35,369 nucleotides of DNA from Patescibacteria group bacterium (GTDB taxonomy: Bacteria > Patescibacteriota > Minisyncoccia > UBA6257 > JACRHW01): assembly GCA_028868355.1 (NCBI GenBank), contig JAGWUQ010000009.1, positions 1-35,369 on the forward strand, given 5' to 3'. A program made the position numbers and the translations under genes. Below, piece after piece: positions 16,838-25,670 of the stretch; positions within the stretch are counted from its first letter, which is position 1, and the number at the start of each line of letters is the position of its first letter. The notes below the pieces were generated by a model, which was given only the letters and a program-made list of their open reading frames with translations, did not search any database and was not told the origin of the DNA.

Positions 16838-17423
16838 TTATACTCTTGGTTTGGCATCCGATAGAGGCGTATCCATCATTCCTGATTGTAACAGCAAATC
16901 GAAAACCAGCAATGTGTAGGAAATCCATCGATTTTTCAATTTTGGCATCACCATAGACACGTGCGTCACCATAGACACGTGCGTCACCATAGACACATGC
17001 GTCACCATAGACACGTGCGTTACCATAGACACGTGCGTCACCATAGACACATGCGTCACCATAGACACGTGCATTACCATAGACACATGCGTCACCATAG
17101 ACACGTGCGTTACCATAGACACGTACGTCACCATAGACACATGCGTCACCATAGACACGTGCATTACCATAGACACATGCGTCACCATAGACACGTGCGT
17201 TACCATAGACATATGCGTCACCTGAGACACATGCGTCACCTGAGACACGTGCATTACCATAGACACATGCGTCACCATAGACATATGCGTTACCATCATG
17301 ACTTAAATTGGTCTCAGCTTGTAACCAGCCGCCAATTAAACCCTCTGGCAGTCTACGAATTTGTTTGACTACAGTTCCACAAGGTAATACCTTTTCTTTA
17401 CCAGTAAATTCGTATTTCTTCAT
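16719..17423 (-). CDS. Beta-helix tandem-repeat protein with a (V-Y-G-D/N-A-C/R) hexad-pair repeat, about 16 copies, flanked by non-repetitive N- and C-terminal domains
   Basis: YGDACVYGNARV iterated. It is encoded by an 18/36-nt DNA tandem array, and the N-terminal domain reads MKKYEFTGKEKVLPCGTVVKQIRRLPEG. Confidence 0.6.
   Translation of the reverse strand: MKKYEFTGKEKVLPCGTVVKQIRRLPEGLIGGWLQAETNLSHDGNAYVYGDACVYGNARVSGDACVSGDAYVYGNARVYGDACVYGNARVYGDACVYGDVRVYGNARVYGDACVYGNARVYGDACVYGDARVYGNARVYGDACVYGDARVYGDARVYGDAKIEKSMDFLHIAGFRFAVTIRNDGYASIGCQTKSISEWLAIDFNDQSEITGEAEFRRMQAILKPIFEMYRNEAK
16946..17293. repeat. 18-nt (36-nt super-unit) tandem DNA repeat GTCACCATAGACAC(G/A)TGC, about 19 copies, inside the CDS
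   Basis: Direct reading. Units vary at a few positions (A/G, C/T). Confidence 0.9.
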
Positions 17424-17767
17424 TCTTCCCTCACAGATATTATCTTCTTAATGACTGCAGACTCTGTACAAATACATGTCATACCATCTCTCGAAGCGTG
17501 TGCAGTTCGTGGCACCCTATCGGAACAAATTTCCGTTAGCATATATGAAGGTATTGCTGGATTACGCCAATTACGCATCTCGACTGTAATTTTCCACTCG
17601 CCACCAACATTGTCTGTTGCAATATTTCCGAGCCGCAGGCGAAGCCCAATTGGTTGTATTTCAGATTCTTGTAATGTCTCTTCAATGCCATCGGAAAACT
17701 CTACATCATATGTCTTATTGATACGTACAATACGTCCGTTTTCAACTTGGTCGCCAACTTCAAACAT
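17420..17767 (-). CDS. Hypothetical protein (115 aa)
   Basis: ORF with ATGA-type overlap to the downstream gene. Confidence 0.5.
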   Translation of the reverse strand: MFEVGDQVENGRIVRINKTYDVEFSDGIEETLQESEIQPIGLRLRLGNIATDNVGGEWKITVEMRNWRNPAIPSYMLTEICSDRVPRTAHASRDGMTCICTESAVIKKIISVREE

Positions 17768-18065
17768 TTTGTTTTCCTTTCGTGTAAGGACACCCTAGGT
17801 GATGGCCAAACAATAAAGTCTCACATGTACAAATATCTTGGTTCAATATTGACACAAAACCTGTATAAATAACTTGCCAATTATCTCCGAAAGTGTCACA
17901 ACCTTTTCGGAAAGCAGTATCAACTCTATAACCTAAAAGATCCTCCGCCGCAATCTCTATTAAAAGTATATCTCCATTTACAATTTGCCGAGATAGTGTT
18001 GGATGGTGCCCTAAACCTTCACCATTAGGCAAAACTTCAACATACTTGCCCAAATACGTGCTCAT
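17760..18065 (-). CDS. Paralog family B member 3
   Basis: VLPNGEGLGHHPT N-terminus (compare VLPSGAEFGRHPT in B1) and C-terminus CTCETLLFGHHLGCPYTKG. Confidence 0.55.
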   Translation of the reverse strand: MSTYLGKYVEVLPNGEGLGHHPTLSRQIVNGDILLIEIAAEDLLGYRVDTAFRKGCDTFGDNWQVIYTGFVSILNQDICTCETLLFGHHLGCPYTKGKQNV

Positions 18066-18741
18066 AAACCTTCTCCAACCAAATTTTTCTATCCGGACAC
18101 ATGAAAAATAACGCTACGAAGTCGTTATATTCCATGCCAAAGACCTTCGCCAATCGTTCTTGAACACTTTTATGGGTCAGACTGCCGGCTCTATAGTATA
18201 ACATTCCATTGGCAAATGTAAATATGTGCGGAAATAACACCGATAGGTAATCTAACGGTTGTTGGAATTCTTCATCAGAGACTGATGTCTTAACGTACTC
18301 GGCCAATGGTCGGAGATATTGTGGAAATCGCCTTATGGCAACGTGAGCTTCTTCCCAACGTTGTGGATAGCCATAACTACGTAACTTTCCACTTAGAGTC
18401 CGGATGCCTATACCTAATGCTATGGCTATCTTTTCTCTATTCTTCAATAATCTAGTGGCATTTACAATTGCACGTCTTTCCACTACGTCTATGGGTATAA
18501 TGGGAAACGTATTCAAGTTTTCTAACTGTTCGCGATTAGGATATTTATGGTCTTCGACAGGATAAAATAACGTCTCAGGCCACTTAGACATTAAGTCAGA
18601 CATATCGAATATATTTTCATAAACCACAATGTCAAAGAGTTCCCATTTGGTGGGAATTTCTGTAAACGTATGTTCTGTTTCAATAGTATCAGCACATATA
18701 ACGCATTGTAAAGGATCAGAAATAATGACTGCAATCTTCAT
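18037..18741 (-). CDS. Fis-type HTH-containing putative regulator
   Basis: VVERRAIVNATRLLKNREKIAIALGIGIRTLSGKLRSYG matches the Fis/NtrC C-terminal HTH pattern (ALGI.R.TL..KL). Confidence 0.45.
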   Translation of the reverse strand: MKIAVIISDPLQCVICADTIETEHTFTEIPTKWELFDIVVYENIFDMSDLMSKWPETLFYPVEDHKYPNREQLENLNTFPIIPIDVVERRAIVNATRLLKNREKIAIALGIGIRTLSGKLRSYGYPQRWEEAHVAIRRFPQYLRPLAEYVKTSVSDEEFQQPLDYLSVLFPHIFTFANGMLYYRAGSLTHKSVQERLAKVFGMEYNDFVALFFMCPDRKIWLEKVYEHVFGQVC

Positions 18742-18773
18742 TTGGCGTCCCTGCCTAAATTTACTTACGTGCC

Positions 18774-19083
18774 TTATTTTCCAGTTTCCACATACACCCT
18801 TATCTTCGCTGCCACCATCTTTGGTGTCACATTATTATAATTTTCATAAGTCCTATACTCTTCGTTATTCGAATATACTAACAAATTTCTGTCTTGACAT
18901 TCCGAAGAATTTTGGAGCGTCTTCCCATAAATAACTTCTTGCATCAAAATGCTTTGGAAAGACATTTGGCAAATGACCAACAGCACAACCAACAGAACCA
19001 CACATAGTAACACGAAAGTTCCAAAACTTGGGATCTAAATTGTCAAGATAGTCTGCCAACTGAATAAGACGTTTTTTATTCAT
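18774..19083 (-). pseudogene. Paralog family A member 3, disrupted by a +/-1 frameshift (N-terminus in the 18865..19083 frame, C-terminus TPKMVAAKIRVYVETGK in the 18774..19013 frame)
   Basis: Both halves align with A1/A2 but lie in different frames. This is either a genuine frameshift or a sequencing error. Confidence 0.5.
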
Positions 19084-19346
19084 ATTTGAAACCTCTTCCT
19101 GTCGACGTACAAAACTGTACCAGCAACAACCGAGACACTTTGAGGTATTATTGTTTTACCCATGACGTTTAGATGTGTTGCATCGCCACTTTTATGAATA
19201 TAGATCGCAATATTATTTGGATTAATACACTCGGCCAAACGTGCATAACCTAATAAGTCTCCCTCCTCAGTATAAAGACAAATAAGACGATCGGCTGTGG
19301 GCAAACCATTAACGCGTTGACTTTCAATCAGGGCTGTCGTTGACAT
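19080..19346 (-). CDS. Hypothetical protein (88 aa)
   Basis: ORF. Confidence 0.45.
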   Translation of the reverse strand: MSTTALIESQRVNGLPTADRLICLYTEEGDLLGYARLAECINPNNIAIYIHKSGDATHLNVMGKTIIPQSVSVVAGTVLYVDRKRFQI

Positions 19347-19558
19347 TCAGGTAACTCCAAATTTATAGTGACTACCGCTCCAGTGGAATCTTGGTCAAAA
19401 GAAACACCATTTATTGGTATATATTCCAACTGTGAATCCAAAGCACAAATATAGACACATGTCTCACCACGTAAACGTGATTGTTTTCTGTATAATTGCA
19501 ATACGTCTATTAATGTATCGAGCGTACATGGCTTCATGAATAGAACGTCTGTTGCCAT
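19328..19558 (-). CDS. Hypothetical protein (76 aa)
   Basis: ORF. Confidence 0.4.
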   Translation of the reverse strand: MATDVLFMKPCTLDTLIDVLQLYRKQSRLRGETCVYICALDSQLEYIPINGVSFDQDSTGAVVTINLELPECQRQP

Positions 19559-19572
19559 AAATCTAGTTTCTA

Positions 19573-20205
19573 CTATATCTCGAAGTAAAAAGGTTTGTAT
19601 TTAAGACGCTTGGTTGGTAAACCACTCAACGCACAGTTTATAACTGTTGTATCTCCAACTCTTGCAGTACCGTAATTATTGTGCAGATGTCCACATACGA
19701 CATACTTTGGTTTCTTTAAACTAATTGCCGCACGTAACGCTTTACCACCTTGTGGTCCGAAACCAGACACATGGTCTAACACGACATACGGCGGACCATG
19801 TGTTAGAAGTATGTCTATATTCTTTGGTATCTGACTGTAGATTTCTTGCAAGTCCTCTTCTTCAGCCATAAAGACACCATTACCAAAACGCTTGTGCCAC
19901 GGCGTTCCGTAAATATGGATTCCATTCACACTTATTATCTCTGTGTTGTCGAGAAAAGTAATAGGCAATGCCTTTAGCCAGCCAACGAAGGGTAGCACCT
20001 GTAGAATACGATCATGGTTGCCCGCAACCGCGATGATAGTACATTGCAACGCCTTGGCCCAAGGCTCAAAGATATGTAGCATCCATTCACGTTGGTTTTG
20101 TTCAGGACAAATGTCTCCCGCTATGAGCAAAATATCGCAAGGTTCTATCACCGGCAGGCTACCGTGTAGATCAGCTATACAACATATCTTCGTCATGGTT
20201 GCCAC
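19573..20205 (-). CDS. Calcineurin-like metallophosphoesterase
   Basis: Motifs CIADLHG (D.H), AGDI (GD), AGNHD (GNH[DE]) and later GHLH. Confidence 0.7.
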   Translation of the reverse strand: MATMTKICCIADLHGSLPVIEPCDILLIAGDICPEQNQREWMLHIFEPWAKALQCTIIAVAGNHDRILQVLPFVGWLKALPITFLDNTEIISVNGIHIYGTPWHKRFGNGVFMAEEEDLQEIYSQIPKNIDILLTHGPPYVVLDHVSGFGPQGGKALRAAISLKKPKYVVCGHLHNNYGTARVGDTTVINCALSGLPTKRLKYKPFYFEI

Positions 20206-20690
20206 AATTCTCCATTAAACCGTATTTTCGGTGCTGTAGGCAATGGATCTTGGAACATAACGATCTCTACGCCCGCTTCACGCAACATATCCAAGGCTTC
20301 GTCTACATTGGTTTTCCATCTTTCGGGTGTCTCATCGTACATACATTGATGACCAACTACCTTCGCTATACCGCTACAAATGATAGCTCTTGCACAATCA
20401 TAGCAAGCAAACCAAGGACAATATAGCGTTGTGTCTAGTGTCCTAATACCGAACTTTGCTGCGCGGTAGATTGCATCCCGTTCAGCATGTTCGATATAGT
20501 TATATTTCTTTGGCCTAATTAGACGCTCTGGTGTTTCAGCTACACCATTAGGAAATGTATTGTAACCTTCAGTAGAGTAGACACCATGTCTATTAACAAT
20601 TATTGCACCATTCTGTGTCGATGGGTCAGGAGATTGGGTCGCTAGTTCGTAAGCTTTGATTAACCACTGAGCCTGAATAATATGAGTCAT
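20193..20690 (-). CDS. dCMP (deoxycytidylate) deaminase
   Basis: HAERDAIYRAA (zinc-binding H-A-E) and PCxxCA (CPWFACYDCARAI), typical of the cytidine/dCMP deaminase family. Start placed at MTHIIQ. Confidence 0.8.
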   Translation of the reverse strand: MTHIIQAQWLIKAYELATQSPDPSTQNGAIIVNRHGVYSTEGYNTFPNGVAETPERLIRPKKYNYIEHAERDAIYRAAKFGIRTLDTTLYCPWFACYDCARAIICSGIAKVVGHQCMYDETPERWKTNVDEALDMLREAGVEIVMFQDPLPTAPKIRFNGELWQP

Positions 20691-21063
20691 ACGGAACCTC
20701 CAATAGGTCGTAATTAAGGATTTTCTTGTCAATATGTGCTGTTAAGAAAGCACGTTTCAAATCAAATTTCTCAGCATATTTCGCTAGGAGCAGGCATAGA
20801 TTTGTGTTTTCAGGCACATTAACAACTGTCGCGTGATATTTGCCGTTATAGTATACTGTAATGAAGCTGCTTGGACATAATAGCCCACCATTACTGTTGT
20901 ACCAATCCACGAGGTCATATTTCCGCAGATAGTTATAGCCAGTCTTGATTGATATGCCAAGCTGTTGACACGTAATTGGTAATTTGAACGCGTTACGTTC
21001 AAGAGTATTGACGAAATGTTCACGTATTGCTTCATCAAGTGTCATCGGAACACTCCAACCCAA
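20626..21063 (-). CDS. Hypothetical protein (145 aa)
   Basis: ORF. Its 3' end overlaps the deaminase start. Confidence 0.45.
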   Translation of the reverse strand: MGWSVPMTLDEAIREHFVNTLERNAFKLPITCQQLGISIKTGYNYLRKYDLVDWYNSNGGLLCPSSFITVYYNGKYHATVVNVPENTNLCLLLAKYAEKFDLKRAFLTAHIDKKILNYDLLEVPYDSYYSGSVVNQSLRTSDPIS

Positions 21064-21455
21064 TAAGGATAACCACCGCGAAGAGCATACCCAAAACCTA
21101 CAGATGTAGCGTTACTGAGCATGATGCCATTATGTGGCGGAGATGCCGCCCAAGAGTAAACCGCACCTTGGGCGTTTGGATGCGATTGATTGATGATCTC
21201 CATATATGGAAGACCAGAATGCATGAAGCCGTAATTAGACATATATACGGCGTGGCGTTGTGCCGCGAGACACATATTAGTATCAATCGCAACAGGAGGT
21301 AAGCCACTGCGTGCTCTATGTAGATTAACCTCCTTGTGGAGGGAGACAATAGTCTCATTCTTTATTAGCCAGTCATGCGGTCCTGGCTTAACATTCTCTG
21401 GCTGAAGAGCGTCTGCGGGCTGACACAACGTGGCGATGAGCAGTAACTGGTACAT
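21042..21455 (-). CDS. Secreted CAP/SCP/PR-1-like (YkwD-type) domain protein
   Basis: Signal peptide MYQLLLIATLCQPADA, then LHKEVNLHRARSGLPPV..D..L...AQRHA.YM......HSG and W..SPPHNGIML...TSVGFGYA, matching the bacterial SCP/YkwD pattern. Confidence 0.6.
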   Translation of the reverse strand: MYQLLLIATLCQPADALQPENVKPGPHDWLIKNETIVSLHKEVNLHRARSGLPPVAIDTNMCLAAQRHAVYMSNYGFMHSGLPYMEIINQSHPNAQGAVYSWAASPPHNGIMLSNATSVGFGYALRGGYPYWVGVFR

Positions 21456-21592
21456 TAGAATCCTTTCATGTTACCCTACTAAGTGTCTGTCTTGCTTCCA
21501 TTCGAATATAAGACTACATAACAGGCCAAACAATGTTTCACCTGTGTGTAACCAACAACCATATGTTGCTACCCAACAAGCTTTCTCGCTAA

Positions 21593-21958
21593 TTACTCCT
21601 GGTTTTTCTCGCCAGATTTGCATATAAATACCTTCTCCGGGTTTTTACGACAAAATGTTGCTATGTCTTTGAATGACATACCATTGTCGTTCATTGATGT
21701 TAATGACACTGTTATAGTTATACTACCAATATCGTTTTTTAGACCCAATTTTGCTGTTAATTCGTCTGGTAAACGCGAGTTATACCTGACTCCATTAACA
21801 ACATAGCCACCATCCTGTGACTTTTGACACCCTTCAATTTCACAAAAGACACCTAAACAACAAAACCCGCGATCATTACGTAAACAGGTTACAGTTTGTT
21901 CGTACTTGCCAGACTCAAGTGCTTGCAACCATTTCTCTTGTGTCTCTGTCAGTATCAT
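21593..21958 (-). CDS. Cys-rich hypothetical protein (121 aa)
   Basis: ORF. Confidence 0.45.
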   Translation of the reverse strand: MILTETQEKWLQALESGKYEQTVTCLRNDRGFCCLGVFCEIEGCQKSQDGGYVVNGVRYNSRLPDELTAKLGLKNDIGSITITVSLTSMNDNGMSFKDIATFCRKNPEKVFICKSGEKNQE

Positions 21959-22836
21959 AGACCAACACTCCTTAAAATTTCGCTAATTTGAAGACTTGCT
22001 ACTCTATATTTATCTTCGCGGACTATTGCTTTGTCTAAATTGCCGAAATGGTGTTCTAGACAATTAAGCAATAATTCCTTTAAAAAATCGTAATCAGGAG
22101 TATCACGTAGAGTAGACTTTGCAAACAATTCTTCGAGATATTTTTCCTTTGCAGAAAACCATAGGCGTATATCTTCTTCTTTAATTTCACCACGTCGTAT
22201 TGCTTTCAAGTGTTCCGAATGTCTTTGAAGATCGAGATTATGTTCAGATAAAATCATCTCAGCTTCATATGAAAGACGTACTAGATGCATAGCAAATTTA
22301 ACATCGAAGCCAAATTCATCATGAATTTCTTTACGTTTACCTTCCCGTTTATTACTGGACATTTTATGTAATTGGCTATGTGCATAGCCACTGAATTTAT
22401 AGTAACTACCTTTATGTAGAAAATGTCTTCTATTTTCACGGATCATAGATCCGATTGCATTCATATGTGTGACACAATTCTCTGGGACGAAAAGTGTGTC
22501 AACCATGTTTGGATTATTTTCCATACATAATTGAAAATATTTTACGATACTCATGTATGTAAGATCATATGACTTGTTACCTGAAGAGACGTGATGTTGT
22601 ATATACTGTTCAAAGCGTTGTATTTGCCTACCGAACCCTAGAATCTCTCCAGCAAGGTGAGGAAAGATCATCTCTTTAAGAGGTATACAAACGCCGTACA
22701 TGTCGAAGTCAGATACATTGTCTATATTTGTCCCATAGGCTATACTACCTGTAATGACTTCATAAATAATATTGTTCTTTAAGAAGCGTGGAGGCTGTAT
22801 ATGTCCAGCTTCTAAAAGTTTGTCGAAATGGCTCAT
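21955..22836 (-). CDS. Pol-beta-superfamily nucleotidyltransferase
   Basis: ITGSIAYGTNIDNVSDFDMYGV matches the hG[GS]-x9-13-Dh[DE]h minimal NTase signature. Confidence 0.5.
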   Translation of the reverse strand: MSHFDKLLEAGHIQPPRFLKNNIIYEVITGSIAYGTNIDNVSDFDMYGVCIPLKEMIFPHLAGEILGFGRQIQRFEQYIQHHVSSGNKSYDLTYMSIVKYFQLCMENNPNMVDTLFVPENCVTHMNAIGSMIRENRRHFLHKGSYYKFSGYAHSQLHKMSSNKREGKRKEIHDEFGFDVKFAMHLVRLSYEAEMILSEHNLDLQRHSEHLKAIRRGEIKEEDIRLWFSAKEKYLEELFAKSTLRDTPDYDFLKELLLNCLEHHFGNLDKAIVREDKYRVASLQISEILRSVGL

Positions 22837-22983
22837 TTGTCTCTCTTTATGCTTGATCCAGTTCCTTCAGTGCTCGGAAAATGTCTTCCCTCTGTGTTTT
22901 ACTCAGTCTTGCCATTAATTCAAAAGCCGTCCCTTTGATTCCGTCGACGTGACGCCAATCATGTCTTGGATCAGTCTTGTACA

Positions 22984-23643
22984 TCAAGACTCCGTTGATA
23001 ACTCGTTCCGTATAATACATTCTAAAGTCTCCGAACCAAGAGCATTGCGGCCTTTGGGCGTTATAGCTCCGGACGCTAACAGTAACTTCATGTCTTGCAA
23101 CTCTTCTTTGATTTTGTCATAATTGATTCCAAGACTTTTGGCTACACGTCGTCGAGCCTCCCAGTTAATCTCGACGATTATTGCGAGGAAGATTTTTTGT
23201 TCTGTTGTAAGGTCTATTATTTCTGGTTCAGATAAATTTATTGCCCCCTTCTGACAATATATCGTCGCTGTATTGCCTTCGATTTCTACGACTATAACAT
23301 CTACTGGAATGTCGTATAGTTTCGTCGGCGGTATCGGGTATTGTTGTGCAATATAACCAAGTGGCACATTAGACATATAGTCTAGTTTAATCACTTGGCA
23401 ATTGTCGTTGAGAAATGTTTTACCTGTTGCCTCGATAAGGACTCGACGTATATCCTTGTTCGTCGCGGCAGTGATGATTCTACGTACTGCTGGAATGTTT
23501 GGGTTGACACTCAGCATGTTCCCTCCGACGTATCCATATAACACCACACCAAACGATAAGTAGAAAGGGCCAATAATAGACTGCTTGCCAGTCCAATTGG
23601 TCCCCTTCATACTTCTCGTATAACCAACAAGTGATAACACCAA
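22984..23643 (-). CDS. Hypothetical protein (start uncertain, possibly an internal Met)
   Basis: ORF. Its N-terminus overlaps an alternative-frame hydrophobic 64-aa ORF (23480..23674). Confidence 0.4.
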   Translation of the reverse strand: MVLSLVGYTRSMKGTNWTGKQSIIGPFYLSFGVVLYGYVGGNMLSVNPNIPAVRRIITAATNKDIRRVLIEATGKTFLNDNCQVIKLDYMSNVPLGYIAQQYPIPPTKLYDIPVDVIVVEIEGNTATIYCQKGAINLSEPEIIDLTTEQKIFLAIIVEINWEARRRVAKSLGINYDKIKEELQDMKLLLASGAITPKGRNALGSETLECIIRNELSTES

Positions 23644-23670
23644 TTATTGGGTAAATAGCTAAAAGTTCTA

Positions 23671-24129
23671 TCATTTTGTCGATTTCTTTTTCTTATGATT
23701 TGGTACATCATCCATCGGCATGGGGATTGGTTTGAACGTCACATTACCTTTCTCTTCAAGTCGACGTAACCATTCTGTGTGGGCTTGAAGTTTTCCGTCG
23801 ACGAACTTGACTGCTTCGGCGAAAGCCGTCACTTGGTCCTCTGCCGCTTGAACCTTTAGTCCAAGAGCATGAATCTCTGGATCGAAATTCTTTGGCTTGA
23901 TACCACTAAGGATATCGGCTATAGTGTCCAAACGTTTTGCGTTATGTGTAGATTTGTCCGACGCAATCCTTATTTTGTCCACGGAAATATTTAAATCTTT
24001 TTCGTAGGAATCTACACGTTCCTGCAACTGTTTGATCTCGTGATTTAGACTCCCAATTTCATACCCCGTTAAGACGCTTAACGTTAAGATTGCTGTACCA
24101 AACAGTACATTAATGAGTTTTTGCGACAT
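23671..24129 (-). CDS. Membrane-anchored coiled-coil protein (start at MSQKLIN, AGGAAA RBS)
   Basis: Transmembrane helix LINVLFGTAILTLSVLTGY followed by heptad-like charged sequence. Confidence 0.5.
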   Translation of the reverse strand: MSQKLINVLFGTAILTLSVLTGYEIGSLNHEIKQLQERVDSYEKDLNISVDKIRIASDKSTHNAKRLDTIADILSGIKPKNFDPEIHALGLKVQAAEDQVTAFAEAVKFVDGKLQAHTEWLRRLEEKGNVTFKPIPMPMDDVPNHKKKKSTK

Positions 24130-24421
24130 AATTCTTTCCTTTCTTACATGTAGGAATCTCAACAAAGCCGGAAGAAATGTATTTTCCGGGCAACTCTTCA
24201 AAGACTTCTTGCTCGATCAGTTGGTGAACCCAAACATTTTCACTGTAAGTCTTGACGAAGAATTCTCCTTCCCCTAATTCTTCATCAGGTAGGTTAGTGG
24301 TTATCGTGCCGAAAGGCTCACCAGTCTCGGCGATATAGGCTCGAATAGCCAAGCGACCATTACCATAACGGTCTTCACGTAGATAGATGTTGTATGTTTC
24401 GTTCAAGAATCTAATTTTCAT
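24110..24421 (-). CDS. Hypothetical protein (103 aa)
   Basis: ORF. Confidence 0.45.
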   Translation of the reverse strand: MKIRFLNETYNIYLREDRYGNGRLAIRAYIAETGEPFGTITTNLPDEELGEGEFFVKTYSENVWVHQLIEQEVFEELPGKYISSGFVEIPTCKKGKNYVAKTH

Positions 24422-24472
24422 GTTTACTCCAAGGAAATACTTTCATGTGTTCTTTTGTCCTTTCTAATAGAG

Positions 24473-25006
24473 TCATATGTTTGGAATCTCCGAACGTTCT
24501 AGCTCATTGTTACAGTATGGACATTTCGCGAGAATAAAATTATTTTCTGATACTATCTTTGGTTTAACAAAGTCCAAACATGTAGGACAATGCATCAACA
24601 ATGGTTGTGGATCTACGGCACCGCAAGCCTTAGCAAGTTCAACGATTTTATATTGTTCAGAAATATTGAGCTTAAACAAGACATAGATGAAACGTTTCGT
24701 TTTCTCTTCTTCGTTGATTCCTGCTTCAATATATTTGACATAACGCCTCAGCGTTTTAGCTGAAGGTGCTTTAATCTTTTCCGGTTCAAACTTCGGACCT
24801 TTAATCGGGTGTATAACAGTCCAAACATCTTCACCTTCACTATCTTTATGTCGCCGGAAAGATTGACCACAAATCGGGAGTCCGCGTGTTTGTCGTGGCT
24901 TTGGACTAAAGTCTCGTGGTTTACGTTTTTGAGACTTCCGGTCTAAGACAGTTTGTTTATTGATTTGCCGACGAATTTCATGTTGGACAGCTTTGTTACT
25001 TGTCAT
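24473..25006 (-). CDS. Basic protein with C-terminal zinc ribbon (CPTC...CPYC)
   Basis: Lys/Arg-rich N-terminus and a C..C-x17-C..C C-terminus. Confidence 0.45.
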   Translation of the reverse strand: MTSNKAVQHEIRRQINKQTVLDRKSQKRKPRDFSPKPRQTRGLPICGQSFRRHKDSEGEDVWTVIHPIKGPKFEPEKIKAPSAKTLRRYVKYIEAGINEEEKTKRFIYVLFKLNISEQYKIVELAKACGAVDPQPLLMHCPTCLDFVKPKIVSENNFILAKCPYCNNELERSEIPNI

Positions 25007-25206
25007 TCCTTTGACCCTTGTGCGTAGAGGCGTTTGTAGAATTTAGCATTGATTTCAGCATCTTCAAGTTTTTGTCGCAAGTCCTCAAGTTGTCTATAAT
25101 GCTGATGTCGTGATGTTTCGTAGCAAATATTTGTTCCGAATATTCCTATGAGAATACCAATAACTGTAAAGACACATGCTATAAATGTTTTCTCACCTGT
25201 GGGCAT
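25003..25206 (-). CDS. Small single-transmembrane protein (67 aa)
   Basis: FIACVFTVIGILIGIFGT hydrophobic segment. Confidence 0.4.
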   Translation of the reverse strand: MPTGEKTFIACVFTVIGILIGIFGTNICYETSRHQHYRQLEDLRQKLEDAEINAKFYKRLYAQGSKE

Positions 25207-25334
25207 CTAATGTAGCCTTTAAAGAGTTAAGTTTCTCAATTTCGGCAGTTAAGATTGTCGGATATAGTGAACCAACCATCTGTTCTCTTAAATCTTCACG
25301 CTCCTTAATCTGTTCATCTATTAATTTTATTATA

Positions 25335-25670
25335 TTATATCTTAGACTTTCCATTGATATCATGATAATCCAGAAGTTTATTGATTTCTTTTCCCATATC
25401 GACTTTCAACGCCGGCAACGCCTTTACAATTATTATTTTCTCAGACGTTGTACACATGTTCCAGATTTTCGGTACTGCGAGAATACCTAGTTCTGGTGGC
25501 CAAACAAGTGATAATTTATTCCCTTCGAGAATGATCAAATATCCGTCATGTGCTGTTACAGCCGTAACAGCTTCGGGCATACAATTACGTAAGAAGTCTA
25601 ATATTTCGTTATTCAAATATATTTCGACATCTTTTAAGCGGCCAATAATGTCTTTGGTCTCCGTTGACAT
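25335..25670 (-). CDS. Hypothetical protein (111 aa)
   Basis: ORF. Confidence 0.4.
   Translation of the reverse strand: MSTETKDIIGRLKDVEIYLNNEILDFLRNCMPEAVTAVTAHDGYLIILEGNKLSLVWPPELGILAVPKIWNMCTTSEKIIIVKALPALKVDMGKEINKLLDYHDINGKSKI

Noticed and set aside
16961-17368. Plus-strand 135-aa His/Arg-rich ORF (MRHHRHVRHH...) and the alternate minus frame 16838..17299
   Set aside because: Both are frame artefacts of the 18-nt DNA tandem repeat. The only frame with unique flanking domains and a coherent beta-helix repeat is 16719..17423 on the minus strand.
20784-21358. Overlapping minus-strand secondary ORFs (20784..21038, 21098..21358)
   Set aside because: They are nested out of frame within the longer ORFs 20626..21063 and 21042..21455, which have better features (signal peptide, CAP motifs).
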